From the NCBI RefSeq assembly GCF_052425735.1, contig NC_135765.1, positions 32,736,001 through 32,800,000 of the forward strand: 64,000 nt of DNA, given 5' to 3'. The DNA is from Oculina patagonica (lineage: Eukaryota). A model generated the notes under the pieces. It was given only the letters and a program-made list of their open reading frames with translations, was not told the DNA's origin and ran no database searches. Shown piece by piece: positions 1 to 13,208 of the stretch. Numbering within the stretch: the stretch's first letter is position 1; every line of letters starts with the position of its first letter. A program made the translations under genes and the position numbers.

Positions 1-967
1 ATTCCGTGCTGAAAATGACTTCTGACAGCCTCCGTCATTAGGTTTACACAGAAGGACTGAGAGCAGAAGACAATATATAATCTTTGTTCAAATTTGTTTG
101 CTTGTGTAGGGGGTAAATACATGCAGAATTTTTTTTATTAAAACTGCAGTATTATCGGTTGGTTATGCATTATTATGAAATGTCAATTTTGGTCTTTAGT
201 TACCGCACGTATTTCGTTGAGGTATAACAAAAAGGATTATCTTCCCTCCCCAGTGAGATGATTAATTTTGCGTACCTCCCCACTGGAAAAAACAAAACAT
301 AAACTGCAACGCATGTCTAAAGAATTTATTTCTGGGACCGTTCTCAAATCTGCTGTATAAATTAATCACGTGCCGCCGAGCAAATTCGTCTTATTGCTTT
401 GCACCGTAATTAAATGTGATGAAAAAGTCGAAGAACTGATTGCTTTTTACTGATCGGAAATTCTTAATTATACGAAATTATATGCGCTAACTAACTTGAT
501 CATTTTCTATTCCATTTAGAGATGCAATTTTAGCTCATCGCAGTTGGAATCTGAATAGCAGTTCTAGTTAAAAGTAATCCGCTAACAGTTTGATGGCTGG
601 CACTAATGCTTTACTGCAGGCTACCAACGTGAACACCATTGTTGAGTGACTTTGTTTGCATTTTCCACTTGTTAGCCCCTGTCGACTGACTTTCAAACAA
701 GGACCGTTCCTAAATTATAAATTGTTTGCGTCAACCAATGAAACATATGCTCTGCCGGATACTTTTCTAGGGGATTTGGCACGATATAAAACAGGTTAAA
801 GTTCCGCGCACGAAGTTATATAAGAAGTGAGCACTGAAGCGAATGGTTTGAAGCTGTCTTTGTTTTTTGCGTTGTAAGGAACGTTTAAAGCTCACTGGCT
901 TTGCGAGCGTAAACCAGGAAAATCGCCAACTTCGACAGCGTGAGGTAAACGAATTTTAAAATTTGTT

Positions 968-1975
968 ATGTCTTCTGAAGAGTGCCATGCGGAACTTGAG
1001 TACATATCATCTATTTTTCTCGCGGTGCTTCACTCTATATCTGGTTTTCTCTCAACTGTTGGCAATGTTGTTGTCCTTCTGGCGATTTACCAAACACCAT
1101 CCTTACATACAGTGTCAAACTACTACATCGCTTCTCTCGCGGTGGGGGATTTTCTCGTCGGAGCGGTCATCAGCCCTTTGTGGGTCGCTAAAAGCGTTCT
1201 TAACATCTGGCAAAACCAACACCCTTTGACCGTAGCTGCCGAGCTTATGTCCACGCAAACTCTGATAACGACTACTTTCAACCTAGCTGCCGTTAGCTTA
1301 GACCGATATTTAGCCATAACAGATGCGTTTTACTATATGCGTGTCATGACACTTCGCCGCTGTATCATCGCCGTTGCGCTGATCTGGGTATTTTCCTTTG
1401 CGTTTGCCTGCCTCCGTTTGATAGTCACCGAACCTGTTGACCTTCCAAAGTTGTGGATAGCCGTTGCGATCGTGGGTTACACTCTACCATTTGGTGTCAT
1501 AAGCTACAGTTACTATCACATCTACAAAGCAGCTAAAAGCCAATCGAGGAGAATCGAAGCCGAGGCTCGCGCCGTTTCGGTTGTTTCTGAAGCTGGTGGA
1601 AGCAGTGGTACTGACTCCATTAGCTCTCAAACGAAGCGAAACCGAAAAGCTGCTAACACAATTGGGGTTATAATTGGGATTTATCTTCTCCTGGCTTTTC
1701 CTAGCATGGTCATCAGTGGGATCCAACTCATAACAACAAACGAGTGCTTGAAGATTCGGATCATACGCTATTGGTTTTGGGGGGCGCTTTTCTCGTTTAG
1801 CAGTTCCGCGGTCAACCCCTGGATTTATGCGGCACGCAATCGTGACTACAGACAAGCATTTAAACGTGTCTTCAGATGCTTGTTCTCCGAAACAAGAACG
1901 ATAAATGCTGTGAGTCCGTTTCGGAATAAGACGAATAACGAAACTCAAGTCAATGAACTTCCCAGCTCTAGATAA
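968..1975 (+). CDS. Intronless rhodopsin-family (class A) GPCR, 335 aa, aminergic/adenosine-receptor-like orphan
   Basis: Seven hydrophobic segments; GN (TM1), LAVGD (TM2), SLDRY (TM3), W in TM4, NPWIY (TM7), helix 8 RNRDYRQAFKR. CCAAT at 735-739, TATATA at 817-822, AATAAA at 2194-2199. Confidence 0.93.
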   Translation: MSSEECHAELEYISSIFLAVLHSISGFLSTVGNVVVLLAIYQTPSLHTVSNYYIASLAVGDFLVGAVISPLWVAKSVLNIWQNQHPLTVAAELMSTQTLITTTFNLAAVSLDRYLAITDAFYYMRVMTLRRCIIAVALIWVFSFAFACLRLIVTEPVDLPKLWIAVAIVGYTLPFGVISYSYYHIYKAAKSQSRRIEAEARAVSVVSEAGGSSGTDSISSQTKRNRKAANTIGVIIGIYLLLAFPSMVISGIQLITTNECLKIRIIRYWFWGALFSFSSSAVNPWIYAARNRDYRQAFKRVFRCLFSETRTINAVSPFRNKTNNETQVNELPSSR

Positions 1976-3837
1976 TTCGCGGTTTTACTGTACATAATTT
2001 CGCGTAGCCTCTTAAGCAAAACATTAAGTTCTTTAGACAATCTTATAAACAACTCTAGTCAAAATAATTCCTAAAATTAATTATGGATCGTGCAGAAAGC
2101 GATGTTTTTTATTTTTACTGAATTTGTAGCGATAGTCAATGATTGTAAAAATTGTAAATAATCAAGTTGGCTGTTTAGAAGACCGATTCACTCAATAAAA
2201 TGTGTGTGTAAGTTATGTGCTAAAAGTCCATGATTTTACTAGCGCGTGCAATTTCAAATTGTTTTTGGAGTATATTGTTTTGGTTTGATCCGTCTTTTCT
2301 ACGCCTTCATCAGTGAATTGCTAAATATTTCAATTGCTGTGATTAGAGAATTTTCACATACGTATGTACGCATTTGTAGTGAATGCCCGTGTTTCCTTTA
2401 AACTGCGTTTTTCATCGGTAATTTGTGTCGTTAAAAGTATAAATGCATCGTTAACTGCTATTCAGCCTTTACATTTTTCGATTTTGTATTCATCAGGCAA
2501 ATTGTTAATGGATCGTTAGAAAGGCTCAAAGGAGGCGTACCAAATCTCTTAATGCTGTTTCGTGGATAATTTGCAAGTTCTAATTACGCTTGTGCTTTCA
2601 AGAGGGTTTCTTTTCTTTGTAGAAGATAAGGCACTCAGATCTTGTGCGTACCAATTATAAAGTTTAATTTTTCAATGTTTACCTCTCTGGCATTACATGT
2701 TTTCGTAAGAGAATTTTTTAAATAATAAAAGAAAACATCGAATTATAAGTTAAAAAAAATAAATTCGTGTACAACAGATGGCCTGCGAAATTGTTTTTTT
2801 TTGTCCAAATCTCAGCATGTCTTTTTTCTCAATATGTTAATTATATTGCGATGTCTCACCGAAGCTAAAGAGGCGCATTTACAATGAATTGTTACTTTGT
2901 TTTGTTCTTTTAGGTTTTGCAAGCTTTTCATTTATGTATAACGTGCAAAAATTTCATCATATCAAAAGTGGAGCAATATTTCAAAAGTTTAATTTTAGCG
3001 TTCAAGATCAACTTCAAAGTAACTTCATGAATTTTATTATGTTGTCCTTCGGGCGAAGTGAAGTTGATAAAAGCTTTTTTCTTCGCGAATCTTGGCATTA
3101 TCACTCTATCTCACTCCTCCGCAATTTTCCTCCGGCGAGGGAAAAACTCTCTGTCGGCCGGAACACAGTACTACATCGGCTGTAAATGTAGAAAAGATAA
3201 GTTTAATTTTAAATATTAATAAAAATTGTCCACAAAACGCAGGGATTTTTGGTCATTTTATACGCCGTGGTCTTGAAGGAAACACTATAAAATTGTCTAG
3301 ACAGTTTCGTTGAGTAATTAATTAACGTGTTCGGTATAGAAAAAGTCTCCCCGCCCAGCAGTCAAGATGGCGTATTCACCATTCAACTCGACTTATATTA
3401 TTTACATCAGACCACGTTCGTGATTCTTTGTCCTTTTATTTTCAGCAATTTATTCGGTTAAATCTTTTAGACCAGACTAACCTCTAGATCTCTGCAGGGT
3501 AAGATTCTCCCGCTGAATCAATCTTTTTGTTATTTATTCGCAACAATAAAAAATCTATCTTTGGCGACAAGTCATTCTTGATTGCATGAACAACCGAATG
3601 AATATATAAAAAAAAAGACATCAATGGAAGCCCAATGTTTCATTTTTAACGTTGAAAATCCCATTAACTAACGCCGACCATTTGTTATAGCCTGTATGCC
3701 AGGATACGTTTAAATACGTTTACATTAACGCTGGGATATTAACGATAACTGAAGATCGCGCAAATTTTTTTTTATGGTCAACAAATGCCAACATAGCCTG
3801 GAAAGGGTTAACTCTGTAATGAAAATGAATTTTTCAA

Positions 3838-4055
3838 CAATGACACGAGCATGGGACAAATTTAAAGAAAAATTCTGAGTCCCCGACAAAATCGAACCCA
3901 TGGCCTCCCAGATACCGGTTGGGCGCTCTAACCAACTGGTACGAGAGAGCTGGGCCATTTACTAGGTTGATATGTGACACGCGTCCTGCACACTGCTAGG
4001 ATCAGCAATATCGAAATCATCAAGTGTGTAGTAAATAATAAAATGGTAAATTTTA
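3838..4055 (-). mobile_element. tRNA-containing interspersed repeat (partial copy; same family as 60281-60590)
   Basis: Near-identical to 60340-60565; minus strand has degenerate A box and B box (GGTTCGATT) followed by a T-run. Confidence 0.8.
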
Positions 4056-6242
4056 AATAATGAAGATGTATTTACTCTGTATTTGAAATCCTTTAGAAAC
4101 ATTTTCTCGCCACCAGATCATGGTTTTTCGCGTAACTAAACAAAAAAACATTTGTGTCTGCAACAATATGTTTTCCTTTTCAAAAATAAGTCAGAATTTA
4201 TAACAGAAATATCACAAAGTGAACAGTGTGTTTTATCGCACTTTTATTGGCTGACTAATTTTAGCCAATTGTTCACCACCGATATTCACCTGTCGGTCAG
4301 TGGCAATTCGTTGTTTGGTATGATGATAATCATAGTTCACATCTGATCAGTATGCAATAAGAACTTTGAGCCGGGCTTTAAGGTATATTTTAATATTCTA
4401 TAAGTAATGTTTTCTTAGACTAAAAGCATTCAGAGTATTTCTCTTTTTAGCCGGTTATCTATCCATATTTTAAAGGTTATGGCGAAGATTATTTCAATCT
4501 TAGTATGTTTCTTAATCGCTACCGGTAAAGAGATAAGAAAAGCGTTTTTAATGGAATTTGACAAAAGAGGATGAATTCAATCATTTTTGCTCAAGGGTTT
4601 TGTTAATTTAATCTGAAAATAACTGGAATTGACAGCAACACGGTGAGAAAAAATGCGACAGTTGCTGATTATTTATTAAAAAGCTAATAAAATATTCTGC
4701 TCTTACCTGACGGAATAAACACCACCAAAATGAAATTACAATTTCATCTATTGGCAAAATAATATGATCTTGACCTCTTCTTGCCAGTCAAGTTTATCTC
4801 ATATGTTCATTTTAGCACATTGGGGGCGTCTTAAAGAGCCTGGCACAATATCTATAAACGCTTTGTGCTGAAACTAGTTTGATTGAGGTTGATTTATTGA
4901 GAAGCTAGTTTCTGTGTTCCCTTGAAGTGCTGTGGTCATATACCATTGTTGACAAAAAAGGTAACCCTGTAGTGCCTCGTATCCAGTCGCCTCTCTCTTT
5001 TTTGGAGAAATGGGCGCGCAAGGGAGGAAGGGAAGTCTCGTCTTTCTTCTTCCCGTGGTCCCTCGCGCTTCGCTCTCGTCACCAGTCGCTCGCGCTTTGC
5101 GCTCGCCTTTGTTATTGCAGCGCAGAAAATGCGAAGCTCCTGAGGAGGAGGCTGAACCCTGTACATGTCGATACCTTCGATAGCAAACGGTATATCCCGT
5201 TCAAATACCTACAGAAAGGATACTGCATCTCTTTTTTTATTTTTCTCTTGAATAACCCCTTAAAATAATTAATCGAATCATCCGTTCGGTGAGTCTGTTC
5301 GACCTATTTTGATAAGCCTTTCAAAATAACCTAAATGACAGTTTTCCCGACCCTTTTGTATACTCCAGCTATGAAATCCCTGCCCTTTAATGTACCTAAA
5401 GCCTGAAAAAGGAACCTTTTCAAGCGAAGCCACCCTGTATAGTCCAATATAGAGAGTATCCCATCCCCACCCCCTTGGTTCATGATTGCTAGCCCAGAGG
5501 AGCCAAACACAAATCAAATTTACATGGGCTTGCACCTCCTACATTTTATAGCCTTTGGATCCTAATTGCAAATTACCTGTAGTACTTTTGAAGCCAAGAA
5601 GCGCTTTATGGGTTGATATGTATTGTAAATCTAATATTCTCATCAAACTAAAACATATAACAAAAAAGACGACGACCTTAATTGTTTAACAGGACATTCT
5701 TGTGAAGAATTGTACGCTTTTATCATAAACGGTCAAACAAAAAGCGCAGGTTGTCATGGTAACGGTTTATGACTTGGCGAAAACGTTAATTAACACCCGA
5801 GCGACTGAAGACAATAGAGAACGAATATATGTATGTACAAAAAATTAGAGAAACAGTTAAGTTAGAAAATATTTCTGGTAGTTTTCAATTTTGTAAATCG
5901 TAACCACTACCCGTTGCCTTGCTGCAGATCATAACTGTATTTAAATTAGAGTTGAAGTTTAACTCTCGGTGACCTGCACTAGCCTTTTGAATTAACTGTT
6001 ATCCACCTGTATTGTGTATACTGAAAGTAATTAGTGTTGTAAAAAGTGAATGTTAATGAAGACTTTGATGATATTTACTTAATCCAGTTTTTTTGCATTA
6101 ATGGCACTGCATTGTAAAAGATTCTTTGGCTACAAATAAAAGACTACGTTGAAGCCAAGTTTTTTCGACTGTTTTGGTCGTCTCGAAGATTTTGTTTGCT
6201 TTAACCAGGGGAATGGTTATGAAGCTTGACCGAGTTCTTTGT

Positions 6243-6823
6243 TGAGGGTGGTGAATAGGAGTACGGAAATTTGCCGATCCGTGCTAATTTTTTGGCCAAA
6301 TCCGTTAATCGGCCACTATTTTCGTTCAAGTCTGAATCCGCATTTCTTGAAAACTTTTCATGTGTGGTATAGTTTCACTGCAACGGACAGTAGGTGGTTT
6401 TTTTATGAATGAATACTCATTAGCTAGAGCCAATTAGCTATTAAGCTAATTGGGGTCGCTAAAATAACAGTTCAAAATTGAAAGTAAAAGTACTAGTATT
6501 CCAACTTTTTTAAGAAATTTCGATTCATCATGGCTTGTTTTTGCGACCGATTTCGCAAACATGCCAACCGAGACCGACCAAAGTGATCCGAACTTCGTTT
6601 AGCATGTTTAGTATTCACGGTCCGAAATTTTATTTTATTTTATCTGATCCGAACCTACTGTCATAAATTAAGAGTCCGAAATTCGGCCCAAAATTCTCAG
6701 CTAATCCGCAATCAATTTACTATATTTTGGAAATCCGCTAATCCGCTCAATGTATCGCAAAAATCTACAATCCTTGCGCTTTTAAGGCTAAATCCGCGGG
6801 ACGCGAATCTATTCCACTCCCTC
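6243..6823. mobile_element. Non-autonomous DNA transposon (MITE), second copy inverted at 57408-57888
   Basis: Imperfect terminal inverted repeats (GAGGGTGGTGAATAGG ... CTATTCCACTCCCTC); internal ATCCG-rich blocks match the reverse complement of 57430-57880. Confidence 0.7.
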
Positions 6824-7203
6824 TTTGTTCTATCCTTTAGTTCTATTTTTTGACCAAGACCTAGCACAAAACACAATAGGTTTTTAATTCTCTCTGAGCA
6901 ACTAACCAATAGAAACGCTTCGGTTAAGAAATAATTTAATTTATGCATACAAAACAATCTTTGTATTTTTGTTTTCTCCTGTGAAGTTTGGCCGGCTCAT
7001 AACCATTCCCTTGTACCAACTATTCCGTAACAGATCCCGAATCCCGATGTTTCCGCAGGCCTTCACTGTTCTTTAGGTTTGCAGCACCGTGTTAAATTTG
7101 ACAGAAGTATTGCCCAAGCCAAAAAGCCCTGTTATCAAACACCTTTGGGTATATTGGACTGTTTGGTCATTCCTGTTTGTGATGTTAATGTTGCCGTGTC
7201 TTG

Positions 7204-7258
7204 ATTGGTTCTCTATATTTAGAACTTAAATCTTATTGGTTTAAGTTCAGGTTATAAA
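7204..7258 (+). promoter_or_regulatory. Putative Pol II promoter of the Ly6/uPAR gene
   Basis: Two inverted CCAAT boxes (ATTGG 7204-7208, 7235-7239) and TATAAA 7253-7258, about 100 bp upstream of the ATG at 7358. Confidence 0.5.
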
Positions 7259-7357
7259 CGCCCATTTCCAGATCGTTTACTCATCTGTTAAGGGCGCTGG
7301 TTTGCTGAAGTTCAGTTCGTACGCGCAAGTTACAGCGAGGTTTAAGAAGCACACAAA

Positions 7358-10086
7358 ATGAAGGGTTTTCTGCTGAGCATCTTCGTTTTCATTGCAGTTC
7401 TTGCAAGTGGTAAGTTCATTTCTTTGTTTTGTTTTTCAAATATGTACCTAAGGGTCTTTAAAAACACTACAACGCTTTTCAGTTTCGAAAGCTTCAAAAG
7501 CTGGCAATCAATTTAAGAAAAGCTTAGCTTAATGTTCGGTTTCTCAAAAACAGTCAAGCGTTTGGTGTTTATCCGAAATTAATTTCTTTTGATCTTCCGA
7601 ATGTAAGCAACACAGATTCAGTCTACATGCGAAAGCGCCTTCTAAGAACGTCCATCCGTAGAAAAACTCAAGCAAAAAGGTTCATTGTGTAGGCTGTTAT
7701 ATAACGATTTCTGTTAACCTTACTATATATTCATTATGGCTGATGATGATGTTTGAAACATTGAATTATGTTCCGGAAACTGGAAAGCGTTGTTGTGTTT
7801 ATAAAAATAACTCTGTACCTCAAAATAAGAGCGCAGTTAAGTGGAGTGAGCTCAGTGTTTTGATCGCATCATCGGTTGCTATGAAAGAATCGCGAAGGTG
7901 ATCCATAAAAAAAAATCGATCAATCGGCGAGATAAATAATATAGATGCAGTTATTTCCTTTTCTAAAACAAGTATAAAGTAGTACTGCATTAGTTTCTTG
8001 TTCGGTTGGAGTTCATAACAAGAGAAAAAAATTCAATACTTTTTGCAAAGCGGGAAAACGATCATCAAAGCGCCGCCGAGCCAGGGTTAGCAATTTGAGA
8101 GATTTCGAAAGGGGGGCAAAAGAAAAAGCTTCCGCAGACGATCTTGCTCCCCCCCCCCTCCCTCGATTTACTTAACAAACCTAATTTCATCCATTTGCGA
8201 TTTCAAACCGGGCCGGATCTTGCAAAATTTTCTTGAAAACGCTCCCACCTCGATGCGCAATTTTTTTTCCAGATTCGCTACGACAGTTAATTAGCTTTGT
8301 CAACTTCAAGATGATAATGAGCTTATTGTTTTCGGGCCAACGCACCACAACTGTTTCTATAGCAACAAGCTTTGGTCTTTCTTTTTCATTTTCTTTGCCT
8401 CGTTATTTACCACACCAGGCGTTTTAATTTATGCAAGTTCACACCTTTTCCAGCAATTTAGCCTGCGAAAAAGGCGCCCGAGTTGTTTTTGGGCGCGCAT
8501 TTAGGGAACGCCAAATGCGCGCCCAAAAACTACACAGGCGCCTTCATGGCGTCAAAAGTAGATCGATGTTTCTTTAACTTTAATATTTTTACATCTCTTC
8601 GGCATAATTGATGATTATGGACTAAATTCACTTACGAATGAAATTTGCGAACGAAAACCAAAACAGGAGAGCCTGCCAAATTTCCTGCTGCACCATCAAA
8701 TTGCCATTGGTCCATTTAACAATTCGCACGGGTTTTCAATCGACTGAAAAAAGGCGAGGTGGGAACCTTGAGTCAACTATGAAAAGTCGATAGGAACCGA
8801 AAGCGAGCCGTCTGACTGTTTTAACGTAAAACAGAAACCGATTTACTCTACAAAATGTTCAGCAAAAGCGGTTTAATTGCTTATAGTTTTGGTTTAGGTT
8901 TTCTGCAATTTTTATTGCGCGCGCTCCCAGGGCAAGCCATTTAACAATTAGACCGCCCTTGCGCGGCCAATATTAGAAATTGCGAGTTTGTCAATTAGTC
9001 GGTCACTATGTTACGCTAATACACAAAAGACGCATCTGAAGAGAGTTGACGCATTGAAAACTATTGTTTTCCTTTTGTAGTAATAACACAGAAATGGTTT
9101 CAAAGCGGCTTCGAGTCAGTCGAACGAACAATGCGGAAAATAACTGGAATAACTAACGCTTATCGCTTTGCATTGATTGAACGCAATGAAGGCTTTTCTG
9201 AACAAAAGGGATGGAATGGGCAGCCCCTTTCGCGGGCATTAGAAGCTACGAATTTCTGATCAAGTTTTTTTATCGTTTCTAAGAGAACAAATTTAATCCA
9301 ATGGTTTTGGTTCAAGGCGCTTGCGCGCGCAGTAAATAAACATGACGGTTTTAAAAGAGGGAGAGGGAGCTAAGTAGAGCTATTGGAGATATTGAAGTTG
9401 ATAGTTTGCTGGCGATTCCCTGCAATATTTAGATCTATCAGTACTGAAAACCGCTACGCAAAAACAGGCATATTTTAAAGTTTTGCTACCTTAGTAACAA
9501 GAGTTATATGATTCATTCATTAGGTTTCATTTCTCAAGGGTAATTCCATAAATAATCAATACCTCCCTTACGGAAGGAATTTTTCTTAAGATTCCCATCC
9601 TCTGGAAATTCCAGTTAAGCTTTTTCATTTCCTTAAAGTTTTTGACCTTTGAGGACCCTTCCACCCCTCACCCTCAGGAATTTACAATCCCTTCTGTGGG
9701 TGGAGTAAGGACATTTCTGGACAATGCCTCAATCTCTCTTATCCTTCATTTCAGTTTATGGCCTCAAGTGCTACACCTGCATTGGTACTGAAGAGACCTG
9801 CTCTAAGAGTGAACTGGAAAAGGACAGCAGCAAAGAGACCACCTGTCCTAGCGGCTTTGATAAATGCATGAGGACCTGGGCCAAAAAAGATTCTAACACC
9901 GCAGTCGTCCAGTCATGCAGCAATGACGCAGCTTGTACAACTACAAAGGACGCCTGTGACAATGGAGATGGAGATTGCGCAGTGGGCTGCTGTGACACTG
10001 ACCTGTGTAACGCGGGCTCCCCTGTTTCCTTCAGCGTGTTCCTGATGACCGTTTGCTCTGCCCTGGGCCTGGCACTACTGAAGTAA
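7358..10086 (+). CDS. GPI-anchored Ly6/uPAR (three-finger) protein, 127 aa; exons 7358-7409, 9755-10086
   Basis: Exon 1 encodes signal peptide MKGFLLSIFVFIAVLAS with phase-1 donor G|GTAAG; acceptor TTTCAG|TT restores V-YG-LKCYTC...CCDTDLCN, then small residues (AGS) and a hydrophobic C-terminal GPI signal. Confidence 0.9.
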
Positions 10087-13000
10087 GCGCACCAAGGAGT
10101 GAGACCCCGGGACGAGTTTGATGTCCAAGAGACTTGTTTTTTAGATGAATTGTTTAGCTCGTATAAACATTTTAAGAGGAACAAGGCAAAAGGAATGCGT
10201 GTTTTTTACTTTTTATTTTTTGAGCGTTTTTAGCTTCATGTATCTTGTTGATCTTTTCCTTTTTTTAAACAGCCGGTTATGGGTTTTAAGTAAACCTGTG
10301 TGAGACTGATGTTATTGCAACGGGGTTTTTGATATTAAAAGTGTTTTAAACCAACTTATTTGGTAGTGTAGTTCCTTAGTGAAGGATCCTTGTGGATTAC
10401 ATCCGTAGAAATCAGAAAAATCACCCTGCCACTTTTCTTGTCCCAACGAATCTGAAGTGTTTAATTTTTTGTTTTGAAAAAAGGCGCATCAATGCGAAGC
10501 CAAATATTTTTTATAAATTTCACCAAATTTACTGTGCGAGATGAAAAAAAGTTGAGCTTAGTAAGTGTAAGCTTATCTTGCCCAAATGTTTCTAAAAGTG
10601 TAATATTTTGTCTCATATATAAGGAGGACAATAGTTTTGCATATGCGTTAAAAATCTTGGTATATTTCTTTGACTTCATGTGAAAACTAACAACATGAAA
10701 TGACCAAATTCGCCGACTAATTTTATATCTCTATTTGGATTTGAGCGATGTCTTTACATATTCATGCTTTGATAGTTACATTGGAGCTATTTCGTAAGCC
10801 GATAGACACACTGAATAGATTTTAATAATTGTGGTTTAAGAAATTGGGAAGTCACTTTTTTGCTTGACTTTGTCCTCAGGCCGTACCATTTTGTAAAATG
10901 TTCGTACCACGTAAAAGACTGTTAAAGGTATTTCAGTGGAGTTTAACAACATGAACTCCTAAAAGCTTTTTGTAGATATAGAAATAATGACAATACACTT
11001 TCCCAGAAAGTTAAATTTTTAATTCCGGTAAATTTCATTTACCCTTTATTCAGAGTCCTTAAATGGGGGCGGGGGGGGGGGGGGGGGGGGTGCAGAGTGA
11101 GCCCGGGAGCTCTACAAGTTTTGCTGTGTGGTCTGGAGCCTAAAGCCGAGTGGAGCCTTTTGCTTGGAAGCGTGAATAATAATAATTAATTTATATAGCG
11201 CTAAAACTATATAAAAATTTTTAAGGTTTAAATAAATTAAAATAGTATAAATTAAAAAAAAAAAAAAGAAATAATAAAAATATTTTTAAAAAAAATAAAA
11301 AAAAAAAAAAAAAAAAATAAAAAAAAAATGAGACCTGAGAATGATTGCCACTGGCCCCCAAACCCTGTTTTTTGGTGACCCGGAGCCCTGGAGCCCGGCC
11401 TTTTTGGTCATGGAACCACATGCCCCTTTGGGACCCTGCTTATTCCTGTGTCGAGTTGCAAAACGTTCTTACGTCGCAACTTTGAAATAGCGATCTGTTT
11501 GGCCGGGCGGTGCATGGAACCGAGTCCAACTTTGGGTCTTTAAAATTTTACTTCTGTTCCAAATGAACAAAGGCCTTAATATGTATATTGTATGAAATAT
11601 AAAGTTTCATTTCACAGGCTCACAAGATGTCGATTGAAATGCAGCAATCTGCGAATTTAGTAATAAATGCCTTTCAAAATATCTAAAAAGCTTCCAAGTA
11701 GTCTTGCGAACTGAAAATAATTATACCTTGTTACCTTTTTCCACTGTTTGTTTTTGCCGACAAATAAGACACGCATTTAATAACACTTGAAATACGCATG
11801 GTGAGATCACTATGCATAGGTTTCCAAGACGCACGTATTTTTGGCAATCTGGCAATCTGTACATCTTGTGGATGTTGACCTAATTTAACTCTGATCTTGT
11901 CCCCATTCTGCCCTCGCGTGAATAAAATGCGTGTCAGCACTTCATTTTATGATTTCTTAATACAGCTTCAGATAAAAGGTTTTAGGTGGCTTAATAAGGT
12001 CGTGATTTCGCACACAATGATTATATTTAGTTTTGCGCAGAATTTCCAGATGTGGTTAGCGTTAGCTGGTCAATTTATTATCATAACAAGTTGAAATCGG
12101 TTTTAGGTGTCCGTTGCTTGTTTCTTAAAAAGCAATTTTTCGCATTGATGTCCGTGATATCAAAGTTGCATGCATGAGAAACACCTTTCTAATAAACATT
12201 CGCGAACTCTGTGATTACAACAAAATTCTATATTGTAAAAGGCTTCACGTTCGATTAAACACACCAAAATTAAAAGTACCATTGAAGTTGAGTGAATTCC
12301 ACAAATCACAGATTTTGTTGTGAGTTGCCTTCATGATCGATGATTAACAAGTTTCATCGATAAAACGACTTGATCATTTAGAATCATTTGAAACTAATAG
12401 TGCTGTTTACATGAGTTTACATGCTTAAAATTGCTATTCGTGAGCATAGAAATTTAAAGGTCATTACAATAAGAAAAGACAAATGAGATTGTGTGTGAGT
12501 TAACGGTTTGCTTTATGAGTTGTAAACGCTGCAAAACGTTATCGTTCATTTTTAAACTTTAAGTTTCTACCTAACAGAGTCATATTTTATAGAGTAGTTT
12601 CAAACTCCTGCCAGTTTTCTCAAATTTTTGTCAACTTGTTGAAGGTCCAAGCCAACACAAACTCATTAAAATTCCCAGGACCAAATCGCACCCATTTTTG
12701 TATTGTATTTTTATACAATGGCTTGTACGTCAGTTGAAACAGCGCTTGCTCAACACAAAGTATTTATTGTGTCCTATAGGCACTGTACGTGACGAAGGAC
12801 GCGTCCTTTTAGCACGAAAAAAAGAACACCTTAAATCCCAACATATATAGCATACCGAACAAACAGTCGATTAAAAATCTCAAGAATGCATTTTTGCGGA
12901 GACCCAAGAACTCGTGTGGCCATAATAGGGCGAGAAAATTTTCCACGTTCTCTCATTAAGTAATAAAAGACTCAGGGGAATCCGCAACTGGGACCATACA

Positions 13001-13208
13001 TTGTTGCTCTTAAGATTAGACAACCAATGGCGATCGAGAGATATTATTTCGAAATAGAATTCATTGATCTTTTTAAGTTGGCGTCCCTTTAAATTTATTT
13101 AGTCTCGCCTCCTTCACGCTTTGCAAGGACGCCTGGCCCGATTTCTTCTGCTCTGCACGCGAGTATTTGCTGTTAACTTCTCACGGTGTTTTCAACAAGT
13201 CTTTCAAG

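Noticed and set aside
7740-7776. Minimal hammerhead (CTGATGA...GAAAC...GTT)
   Set aside because: No credible stem II and only ~3 bp of stem I; expected by chance.
9186-9242. Alternative first exon MKAFL... for the Ly6 gene
   Set aside because: Not hydrophobic after five codons, ends in a stop, no suitable donor.
11065-11330. Poly-G run and A-rich stretch as a functional element
   Set aside because: Low complexity within a repeat plus a retroelement tail; may be low-quality consensus sequence.
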